Assembly (NCBI GenBank): GCA_040752695.1
Contig: JBFMGO010000087.1
Span: forward strand, 1 to 26,355
Direction: 5' to 3'
DNA length: 26,355 bases
Origin: a bacterium
GTDB lineage: Bacteria > SZUA-182 > DTGQ01
The notes beneath the pieces are model-generated. The model was given only the letters and a program-made list of their open reading frames with translations. It ran no database searches and had not been told where the DNA came from. A program made the position numbers and the translations under genes. Shown in pieces: positions 16,527-24,847 of the stretch (position 1 is its first letter; the number at the start of each line of letters is the position of its first letter).

Positions 16527-18374
16527 CTACTGCACCCAGACGGCCTGTACAGGGCATGCCTTAAAGCAGATCCCGCACTTTATGCATTTTGTCTGATCAA
16601 TGCTGTGGGGTCTTTTTTTCTCACCGCTGACTGCGGACTGCGGGCACTGCCGGGCACATTTCGTACACCCGATGCATTTTGTCTCGTCGATCCCGTACCT
16701 GATCAAAGCCCTGCATACCCTGGCAGGACAGCGCTTGTCCTGGATATGGGCCAGATATTCATCCTCGAAATGTCTTATCGTGGATAAGACGGGATTGGGG
16801 GCCGTCTGCCCCAGGGCACACAACGAAGCATCTTTTATAACCGCCGACATCTCCTTCAGAAGATCGAGGTCACTCAACGCTCCCGTGCCCTTGGTGATTC
16901 CCGTTACGATGTTGAGCATCTGGCTGATTCCTTCCCTGCAGGGGACGCATTTGCCGCACGACTCGCCCTGTAAAAAGTTCAGGAAATAGCGGGCAACCTC
17001 GACCATGCAGGTATCCTCGTCCATAACGATCATCCCGCCTGACCCCATCATGGAGCCAGCCTTGGTGAGTTGGTCAAAATCAATGGGTAAGTCAAGCATA
17101 TGGTCCGGCATGCAGCCCCCGGATGGCCCGCCGGTCTGCACGGCTTTAAATTTTTTCTTATTGGGAACCCCTCCGCCGATGGTAAATACGATTTCCCGCA
17201 AAGAGGTGCCCATGGGGACCTCCACCAGACCCGTATTATTAATCTTGCCCACTAGGGAAAAAACCTTGGTGCCCTTGCTTCCCTCGGTGCCAAAAGAGGC
17301 AAACCAGTCGGCTCCCCGGTCGAGAATAATCGGGATATTGGCAAAGGTTTCCACGTTATTGATCAGGGTCGGTTTCCCCCATAACCCCTTTTGGGCTGGA
17401 AAGGGTGGTTTGGGTTTCGGTGTGCCTTCACGGCCCTCAAGGGACATGATCAGGGCGGTCTCTTCACCGCATACAAAGGCGCCGCTCCCCTTGCTGATAT
17501 GAATATCAAAGCGAAATCCTGAGCCAAGAATATTCTCGCCGAGCAGATTATACTGCCGGCAGCTTTGAATAGCTGTATCGAGGTTCTTGACAGCCAGAGG
17601 GTATTCTGCCCTTACATATACATAGCCTTCCGAGCTCCCTATGGCTCTGGCCGCGACCGCCATCCCCTCGACTACTGCGAAAGGATTTCCTTCAATGATG
17701 CTTCTATCCATATAGGCACCAGGATCACCCTCATCAGCGTTGCATACTACATATTTTTGGTCCGCCTGACTCTCTGCCGTGAGTTTCCACTTGAGCCCCG
17801 TGGGAAATCCTCCGCCTCCTCTGCCCCGAAGGCCGGATTTCATGATCTCGCCGATGATGTCCTCGGGTTTCAGGTGAAACAATGCCCTGGACAGGGCTGA
17901 AAAGCCGCTGAAGGCAATATAGTCATCGATCGAAACAGGATCAATAAAGCCGTTGTTTTTTAATACGATTCTCTTCTGACCTTTGTAAAAGGGAATATCC
18001 CTTTCAAAAACAATTTTGTTTCCGCTGAGAGGATCCGTATACAAGAGCTTTTCAATTACCTTGTTCCTTTGAATGGTCTGCTCGATGATATCTTTGGCAT
18101 CTTCGGGAGAAATCCTGTGATAAAATATCCCCTGTGGCCGAATTACGGCCAGAGGCCCCATTTCACAAAAGCCGTGGCACCCCGATATGAGCAGCCTGAC
18201 AGACTCGGTCATCCCTCTTTGGGCCAGTTCATCCTTGAAGGCGGTAATGACCTTTTCACAACTGTATGCGCGACAGCCCGTTCCCCCGCAGATAATAATA
18301 CAGGGCTTGTTAAAATCTGCCTTCTGGTTAACCGACTTTCTGTACTCTTCCAAATCGATCGCTGACTTCAGCAC
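16527..18374 (-). CDS. NuoF/HydB-type NAD(H)/FMN-binding subunit, long (bifurcating-type) form
   Basis: N-terminal CGGTGC...GCHGFC [2Fe-2S], GLRGRGGGGFPTG, NADEGDPGAYMDR, GAFVCGEETAL, GGPSGGC, ESCGKCVPCREG...SLCALG, H...CPARVC and two C-terminal [4Fe-4S]. The start is probably GTG 18374 after GAGG (the ORF track gives TTG 18422). Confidence 0.93.
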   Translation of the reverse strand: MLKSAIDLEEYRKSVNQKADFNKPCIIICGGTGCRAYSCEKVITAFKDELAQRGMTESVRLLISGCHGFCEMGPLAVIRPQGIFYHRISPEDAKDIIEQTIQRNKVIEKLLYTDPLSGNKIVFERDIPFYKGQKRIVLKNNGFIDPVSIDDYIAFSGFSALSRALFHLKPEDIIGEIMKSGLRGRGGGGFPTGLKWKLTAESQADQKYVVCNADEGDPGAYMDRSIIEGNPFAVVEGMAVAARAIGSSEGYVYVRAEYPLAVKNLDTAIQSCRQYNLLGENILGSGFRFDIHISKGSGAFVCGEETALIMSLEGREGTPKPKPPFPAQKGLWGKPTLINNVETFANIPIILDRGADWFASFGTEGSKGTKVFSLVGKINNTGLVEVPMGTSLREIVFTIGGGVPNKKKFKAVQTGGPSGGCMPDHMLDLPIDFDQLTKAGSMMGSGGMIVMDEDTCMVEVARYFLNFLQGESCGKCVPCREGISQMLNIVTGITKGTGALSDLDLLKEMSAVIKDASLCALGQTAPNPVLSTIRHFEDEYLAHIQDKRCPARVCRALIRYGIDETKCIGCTKCARQCPQSAVSGEKKRPHSIDQTKCIKCGICFKACPVQAVWVQ

Positions 18375-18453
18375 TGACGAAACCTCGCTTTCGATGTATC
18401 TTCCTTCAAACCAGCCCCCCAACTACATGTAGCATCTTCATCGAACATCCTCA

Positions 18454-19326
18454 TCAAGTGTTCTCATCAAACATCTTGAGTATTGAGCTGATCTTCTCAG
18501 GTGTTACCTTACCGAAATACTCTCCGTCAATAACCATGACCGGCCCGAGAGCACACGCGCCCAGACAGTTAACACTCTCCAGGGTAAATTTCATATCCTC
18601 TGTCGTTTCACCTGCCTTGATCCCCAAGATCCGCTCAAGTTCATCGAGAATCTTGGCCGCGCCTCTCACATGGCAGGCTGTACCCATGCATACGTGAATA
18701 ATGTGACGCCCCCTGGGAATAAGGCTGAAGGCGTTATAAAAGGTCGCCACATTGTAAACCCGGCTGAGCGGAACACCCATTTTACCGGCAACAGCTATCA
18801 GGGCCTCCCTGGGAAGGTACTTATATTCGATCTGGATCTCCTGCAAAACGGTCATTAAAGAGCTCGGAACCCTGGGAAACCGATCGATTATTTCGTCTAT
18901 CTTCCTGACATCCAAAAGCCCGTCGTTTGTATTTTCCACTTCGGCCTTCTGCGGCATTACGAACGAGATTATTTTATCCAGAAGTGTTGTTTCCTGCTCC
19001 TGCTTTGAAAACAGAAGAATAGCGCTGTATGGGCAGGCTCTCATACATAAGCCGCATCCTACACAATTTTCCGTGACAACAATATGCCCTTCCTCATCTT
19101 TTTCAACCCCATGGCGGTTGCAGGTCTCAATACATTTAGGGTTTCTACATATCTTACAGAGGTTAGGGATGAGGCTGATGCCAATAATGGCCGAGCGATC
19201 TCTGACGTGCCTGGAAACATCCTTATGCCTTCTCTTACAGGCTGCGATGCAATTACCGCAGTTAAGGCACTGTTTAATGTCACTTACTACTATCGTTTGA
19301 GAATCTGCCATATAAGAGTCTGCCAT
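18454..19326 (-). CDS. Fusion of three DmsB/HydN-type [4Fe-4S] Cys groups with a NuoE/HydC [2Fe-2S] subunit
   Basis: N-terminus: CLNCGNCIAAC, CKICRNPKCIETC and CVGCGLCMRACP. C-terminus: NuoE motifs VATFYNAF, VCMGTACHVRGA and VNCLGACALGP. Confidence 0.88.
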   Translation of the reverse strand: MADSYMADSQTIVVSDIKQCLNCGNCIAACKRRHKDVSRHVRDRSAIIGISLIPNLCKICRNPKCIETCNRHGVEKDEEGHIVVTENCVGCGLCMRACPYSAILLFSKQEQETTLLDKIISFVMPQKAEVENTNDGLLDVRKIDEIIDRFPRVPSSLMTVLQEIQIEYKYLPREALIAVAGKMGVPLSRVYNVATFYNAFSLIPRGRHIIHVCMGTACHVRGAAKILDELERILGIKAGETTEDMKFTLESVNCLGACALGPVMVIDGEYFGKVTPEKISSILKMFDENT

Positions 19327-19709
19327 AGACTGATATCAGGTGAGGCTGATATCATGTTCAGAATATTCATCCAAATGCTTCTTTACCTAAATCGCTCTGT
19401 ACCTGAATTCAATCTTTGATAAAAATTTAAATATAGATCGGCTATTCTTGAGATAAATCTGCCTTCTCTTTAAGCCTGCTTTCTTTTTATTTTGGATACA
19501 AGTAAACGACAAGGATCAACTTACCGAAACGGTATCGATCTGGGGAGTACACTATCACACTGGGGAATTGTCTTATCCTGGGGAGTTTTTTTGGGGGGGG
19601 GAGTATCATGTGCCAAAAACACAACAAATGCAGGCTCCCTTTTCCTCTTTTGGAACACTACCTTTTAGCTGTGTTAATCAACGAATAGTAAGTTTTTATT
19701 TATCACTTT

Positions 19710-19739
19710 AGTATACTCATTTCTCTCACAGCGTGTCAA
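19710..19739 (-). promoter_or_regulatory. Sigma70-type promoter for the NuoEFG-like/cytochrome operon
   Basis: Minus strand TTGACA-18 nt-TATACT, implying a leader of about 380 nt. Confidence 0.55.
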
Positions 19740-19931
19740 GCTTTTTCTGATGGCTATTTTTATTATTATAGGAGAAGATATAAGAGAAGAAAGTATACAG
19801 GAGGGAGTTTTTTCCACCCAATCGGTGAGGAACTGCTGTGCTCAGGAATGGACTGAAAAGACCTGCCTGCCCCAAGACCTGTAGCTTGTATGTAGCAAAG
19901 AAGCTCAGACTCTTTTACCGGCAACTCAGAC

Positions 19932-19960
19932 TTGACAAATCATTTAACCATAGCTAAAAT
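19932..19960 (+). promoter_or_regulatory. Sigma70-type promoter for lepB
   Basis: TTGACA-17 nt-TAAAAT. Confidence 0.7.
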
Positions 19961-20036
19961 TAAGTTTCTGTCGTAGAATTTCATCTGAAGAATATCATCT
20001 TAGGTGCAAACTTTTTGAGGAATCTTAAAAACTGCC

Positions 20037-20627
20037 ATGAACAACGATAAAGAGAGCAATAAAAAGTCAATTTACCGCGAGTACGGCGAAGCGATTGTCA
20101 TTGCCGTAGTTCTCGCCCTTGTCATACGCACGTTTGTAGTACAGGCCTTTAAAATCCCCTCCGGGTCCATGATTCCGACGCTGCAAATCGGAGATCATAT
20201 CCTGGTCAATAAATTTATTTACCGGTTCGAAAAACCGGAGAGGGGGGATATCATGGTGTTTAAATATCCCAAAGACCCGTCAAGGGACTTTATCAAGCGG
20301 TTGATCGGGCTCCCCGGCGACACCCTGGAGATTCGTGATAAACATGTCTATGTTAATGGCATGTCCCTGAATGAGCCGTATACCATTCACGAAAACGACG
20401 ATGCCTCTTTTTACATTCCCCCCAATCGAGATAATTTCGGCCCCGTTACTATTCCTGAAGGGTATTTTTTCGTTATGGGCGATAATCGGGATTGCAGTCT
20501 TGACAGCCGGTTCTGGGGCTTTTTAAAAGAGGACCTGATCAAAGGGAAAGCATTCATTATCTATTGGTCATGGGATTCGGAACGCAAATGGGTTCGCTGG
20601 AATCGTTTTGCCAAAATGCTCCATTAG
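20037..20627 (+). CDS. lepB: Signal peptidase I
   Basis: Single TM segment, IPSGSMIPTL (catalytic Ser), FIKRLIGLPGD (catalytic Lys) and GDNRDCSLDSRFWG. Confidence 0.97.
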   Translation: MNNDKESNKKSIYREYGEAIVIAVVLALVIRTFVVQAFKIPSGSMIPTLQIGDHILVNKFIYRFEKPERGDIMVFKYPKDPSRDFIKRLIGLPGDTLEIRDKHVYVNGMSLNEPYTIHENDDASFYIPPNRDNFGPVTIPEGYFFVMGDNRDCSLDSRFWGFLKEDLIKGKAFIIYWSWDSERKWVRWNRFAKMLH

Positions 20628-20841
20628 CCTTTTATCAAGGCATTTTAGATCGGAGGAAACCAGGGTATCATTCCTTTCGACAAAAGCTCGGACTATCATT
20701 ATGCTCTCCAGCTTTGATAGATTTCTCTCTCTTTTCATTGCTGCTGCATACTGCTGTACACTACTCATGGAAATGGTCCTGATGCGGCATTCGTAATCGG
20801 GTATTCGTAAAGTCGGATATAGTTCCCCAAAATATTGTATC

Positions 20842-20870
20842 TTGACTTTTCATTGCCTTCTCTATAAGAT
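20842..20870 (+). promoter_or_regulatory. Sigma70-type promoter for galU
   Basis: TTGACT-17 nt-TAAGAT. Confidence 0.55.
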
Positions 20871-20941
20871 AGCATAAATCGTGTCATGGTATCTTGCAAT
20901 CTATGATATATTTTCGAAATTCTGTAAAAGGAGCGTCCCTG

Positions 20942-21883
20942 ATGAATGAGTGCTCAAATATCAGAAAAGCAATTTTCCCTGCTGCGGGGTTGGGAACCCG
21001 GTTCCTTCCTGCCACAAAATCCTCTCCGAAAGAAATGTTACCCCTGGTTGACAAACCGATGATTCAATACGTAGTTGAGGAGGCAGTTTCTTCCGGTATC
21101 GAGGATATCACCATTGTTACCGGCCGGGGGAAGCGGGCCATTGAGGATTTTTTCGACATTTCCTTCGAGCTCGAATACGAACTGAGAAAGAGGGGAAAGG
21201 CTGAAATTCTCGAACAGATGCAGCAAATATCTCATATGGCCAAAATTTCCTATATTCGGCAAAAGGAACCGCTCGGTCTGGGGCACGCTATTCTGGTACC
21301 CAGAAACCTGGTAGGAAACCAGGCATTTGCCGTCCTGCTCGGAGACGATATCATTGATGCCGATATCCCCTGCCTGAAGCAACTGATTGAGGTCTATGAC
21401 CGGTACAAATGCTCGGTCATTGCCGTGCAAAGGGTGAGTGACGATATTTCTCAGTATGGTGTCATCAAGCCGAGGCATCTGGAGAACAATGTTTATCAGG
21501 TTCTGGACCTTGTCGAAAAACCTGCGCCAAGTGAGGCTCCTTCTGACCTGGCCATCATTGGCCGGTATATTTTAACACCCGAGATATTCGATGTTCTGGA
21601 AAGGATCGGGATGGATCATTCCGGTGAGATTCAACTCACCAACGGATTACGGGAATTGAGCAAACGCCAGGCTATTTATGCCTGTGAGTTCAAAGGCAAG
21701 CGGTATGATGCCGGCAATAAACTTGGCTTTCTCCAGGCTACGGTTGAATTTGCCTTGAAATGCCCTGACGTGGCCGAAGAATTCTCCCGGTATCTGTCAA
21801 ATTTAAACATCATGATGAAATCAGCTCACGAAAAGCTGGTTGCAGCACATCCATCGTCAAAGAAAGAAAACCGGTCTTCCTGA
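20942..21883 (+). CDS. galU: UTP--glucose-1-phosphate uridylyltransferase
   Basis: Motifs KAIFPAAGLGTRFLPATK..PKEMLP, RQKEPLGLGHA, LGDD, VEKP and GEIQLT. The ATG at 20942 follows AAGGAG. Confidence 0.96.
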   Translation: MNECSNIRKAIFPAAGLGTRFLPATKSSPKEMLPLVDKPMIQYVVEEAVSSGIEDITIVTGRGKRAIEDFFDISFELEYELRKRGKAEILEQMQQISHMAKISYIRQKEPLGLGHAILVPRNLVGNQAFAVLLGDDIIDADIPCLKQLIEVYDRYKCSVIAVQRVSDDISQYGVIKPRHLENNVYQVLDLVEKPAPSEAPSDLAIIGRYILTPEIFDVLERIGMDHSGEIQLTNGLRELSKRQAIYACEFKGKRYDAGNKLGFLQATVEFALKCPDVAEEFSRYLSNLNIMMKSAHEKLVAAHPSSKKENRSS

Positions 21884-22071
21884 AAAAGCGCCCGGTAATG
21901 AAAGACATTGCTGGCGAGATGAGGGTTGGTTCCGGTCATTGATCGGCCATAAAAGCTGTGGATTATCGATCCAGATAAGGGTAATGTGCATCTGATCAGG
22001 GTATGTTGTCCGCTTTTATAAGCCCCTTGTCATGCGAAGCGGCCCCGAAGGATGAGAAGGATCCCGGTTGT

Positions 22072-22164
22072 ATGCCGGTGATTCAAGGTCTTGTCGCATC
22101 ATTATTACTTCTCATAATGATGGTACTTTATTACGAAGATGCCTCAAAGTCTTCACATCCTTAA
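22072..22164 (+). CDS. Candidate 30-aa single-pass membrane microprotein (not in the ORF track)
   Basis: Manual translation MPVIQGLVASLLLLIMMVLYYEDASKSSHP*, with an AAGGA about 10 nt upstream. Confidence 0.3.
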   Translation: MPVIQGLVASLLLLIMMVLYYEDASKSSHP

Positions 22165-22474
22165 AAAGGCTCTCTTATTTGAATTATGGGGTATGAATCG
22201 CGGCCTTGAGCTTTTGGGATCTTAAAAGCCCGAGGGATTCTCCTTTCGTTTTTTTGGAGAATAAACCGGCGAAGCAGTACCCAAAATTCTGGCATGAGGA
22301 GAAGGAATAGTTGTGCCGATAACAATTATGAGCTATGACAAGCTCACCCAAAGAACGCTATTTCACCGAAATCATCCAAATCAGATGTCTTTCATATAAC
22401 CGTGAATTCAGCAGGCATGGCATCAGGGTGACTCGTTAATCGAAGGGATTGAAATCTACTAGGGAGGATATGCT

Positions 22475-24847
22475 GTGGCCGAGGGTGATACCAAAAAGAA
22501 CATGCTTTTGGATAGCATACCATGCTGTTTGCCACTTTTACCGGTTAGAGATATTGTCGTCTATCCTTATATGATTCTTCCCCTCTTCGTAGGGAGAGAG
22601 AAATCTATTAAAGCGGTAGAGCAATCTGTAGCTGAGTACGATCGGAAAATTTTTCTCGTCGCGCAGAAAGATTCAAAAACAGAAGATCCTACACCTGAGG
22701 AAATATTCCGGTTCGGTACGGTCGGCAACATCATGAAGCTTCTGAAATTACCGGACGGGAGGCTGAAAATTCTCGTCCATGGGCTGATAAGGGCGGAATT
22801 AAAAAAGTACAAAGATGACAAAACCTGCTTCATGGCTAAAATAAAGAAGATCGTCGAGCAGGAGGCTGCCGAACATACGCTCGAGGTCGAGGCACTGATG
22901 CGAAACGTCAAGTCGCAGATGGAAAAAAGCCTCTCGCTCGGCAAGGCCCTTTTGCCGGACGTGGTCGTCATAGCCAGCAATATCGAAGACCCCGGGAAAC
23001 TGGCGGACCTGATCGTATCCAATCTGGTCCTCAAAACGGATGAAACCCAGAGCGTTCTTGAAATCATCGATCCTGTACAGCGGCTGAAAAGGGTCAATGA
23101 ACTTTTGTCCAAAGAATTGGAAGTCTTGGCCATGCAGAAAAAAATCCAGTCACAGGCCAAAGAGGAGATGGACAAGGACCACCGGGAATATTACCTGCGC
23201 CAGCAGTTGAAAGCCATTCAACACGAATTGGGGCAGGTAGATGAGCGCACTGAGGAAATCAACGATCTGAAAGCCAAAATCGAAAAGGCCAACCTCCCTG
23301 ACGAAGCCAGGAGTGAGGCGGAAAAACAGCTGTCCCGCCTGGCCAAAATGCACCCCGAAGCTGCCGAATCCGGCATGGTCCGCACCTATCTGGAATGGCT
23401 GGTTGACCTGCCGTGGAGCGTTTCGACCGACGACAACCTGGATATTGCCCAGGCATCCAGGGTGCTCAATGAAGATCACTACGATCTGGAAAAAGTCAAG
23501 GAAAGGATCCTGGAATACTTGAGTGTTAGAAAGCTCAAGAAAAATAAAATGAAAGGACCAATCCTGTGCTTTGTCGGCCCCCCCGGAGTCGGGAAGACCT
23601 CTTTGGGAAAATCGATTGCCCGCGCCCTGGGAAGGAAATTCGCCCGCATCTCATTGGGAGGGGTCCGTGATGAAGCGGAAATCCGCGGACACCGCAGAAC
23701 CTATATCGGTTCCATGCCCGGCCGCATTATTCAGGGGATCAGACAGGCGGGCTCGAATAACCCGATTTTCATGATGGATGAAGTGGATAAAATCGGAGCG
23801 GATTTCCGTGGAGACCCTTCCGCCGCACTCCTGGAAGTCCTGGACCCTGAACAAAACTCTGCCTTTGCCGATCACTACCTTGGCTTACCCTTTGATCTGA
23901 GCAATGTCATGTTTATTGCCACCGCCAACCTCCTGGACCCGATCCTGCCTGCATTCCGGGACAGGATGGAAATCATCCATCTGTCGGGCTACACGGAAAT
24001 GGAAAAAGTCAAAATTGCCAGACGGTACCTCATCCCGAAGCAATTGGAGGAGAACGGAATTACCGATAAGGATCTGCATATCTCAGATCAGGCAGTATTG
24101 AAAATAATTAACGAACATACGCGAGAAGCAGGGTTGCGAAACCTGGAGCGCGAAATTGCCACTATCTGCCGCAAATGCGCCAAGCGCAAGGCCGAAGGAG
24201 GGTCGGGAAAGGTGAATGTGCTGCCGAGAAATCTCCATCATTACCTTGGAATCCCTCTCTACCAGCGGGAATTGGAATACAAATCGGACGAAGTGGGAGT
24301 AGCCACCGGCCTGGCCTGGACCGAATGCGGCGGTGATATCATTCATATCGAAGCAACTACCATGCGGGGCAAAGGCGCCTTGATTCTGACCGGCCACCTG
24401 GGAGATATCATGAAAGAATCCGCTCAGGCAGCCCTGAGCTTCGCTCGATCCAAGGCCGAGCACCTGGGCATTGAAGGCGCCCTGTACACGGAAAAAGACA
24501 TCCATATCCATATCCCCTCAGGCGCTATTCCCAAAGACGGGCCCTCGGCTGGCGTGACCATGGCTACCTCTCTGGTTTCGCTCTTTACCAATAATCCGGT
24601 CCGTAAAGATGTGGCCATGACCGGAGAAGTCACCTTACGGGGCCATGTACTGCCGGTAGGAGGATTGAAACAAAAGGTTCTCGCTGCCAAGCGGATGGGC
24701 ATTAACAATATTATCGTGCCTGCCCGGAATAAGAAAGATATTCAGGATATCCCAAAGCAGGTACGCCAGAATATCCACTTCATTTATGCAGAAAGCATGG
24801 AAGATATTCTGAACGTTGCTTTGAAAAATACGAATGGGAATGCATAG
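22475..24847 (+). CDS. lon: ATP-dependent protease La (LonA)
   Basis: Lon N-domain (LPVRD..VYP..LPLFVGR), Walker A GPPGVGKT, Walker B MMDEVDK, catalytic PKDGPSAG (Ser) and GGLKQK (Lys). GTG start after GGAGG. Confidence 0.98.
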   Translation: MAEGDTKKNMLLDSIPCCLPLLPVRDIVVYPYMILPLFVGREKSIKAVEQSVAEYDRKIFLVAQKDSKTEDPTPEEIFRFGTVGNIMKLLKLPDGRLKILVHGLIRAELKKYKDDKTCFMAKIKKIVEQEAAEHTLEVEALMRNVKSQMEKSLSLGKALLPDVVVIASNIEDPGKLADLIVSNLVLKTDETQSVLEIIDPVQRLKRVNELLSKELEVLAMQKKIQSQAKEEMDKDHREYYLRQQLKAIQHELGQVDERTEEINDLKAKIEKANLPDEARSEAEKQLSRLAKMHPEAAESGMVRTYLEWLVDLPWSVSTDDNLDIAQASRVLNEDHYDLEKVKERILEYLSVRKLKKNKMKGPILCFVGPPGVGKTSLGKSIARALGRKFARISLGGVRDEAEIRGHRRTYIGSMPGRIIQGIRQAGSNNPIFMMDEVDKIGADFRGDPSAALLEVLDPEQNSAFADHYLGLPFDLSNVMFIATANLLDPILPAFRDRMEIIHLSGYTEMEKVKIARRYLIPKQLEENGITDKDLHISDQAVLKIINEHTREAGLRNLEREIATICRKCAKRKAEGGSGKVNVLPRNLHHYLGIPLYQRELEYKSDEVGVATGLAWTECGGDIIHIEATTMRGKGALILTGHLGDIMKESAQAALSFARSKAEHLGIEGALYTEKDIHIHIPSGAIPKDGPSAGVTMATSLVSLFTNNPVRKDVAMTGEVTLRGHVLPVGGLKQKVLAAKRMGINNIIVPARNKKDIQDIPKQVRQNIHFIYAESMEDILNVALKNTNGNA

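Noticed and set aside
15151..19326. Calling the operon an [FeFe]-hydrogenase, formate dehydrogenase or respiratory complex I
   Set aside because: There are no H-cluster motifs, no molybdopterin domain and no nuoA-D/H-N genes. Only the NAD(H)/FeS module is present.
22097..22122. CIRCE/HrcA heat-shock operator upstream of lon
   Set aside because: The 9-8-9 inverted repeat does not match TTAGCACTC-N9-GAGTGCTAA.
1974..24708. Many 60-270-aa antisense or alternative-frame ORFs in the track (e.g. 5066-5884, 6689-7354, 22567-23175, 1974-2486)
   Set aside because: They are shadows of well-supported genes, with no recognisable motifs.
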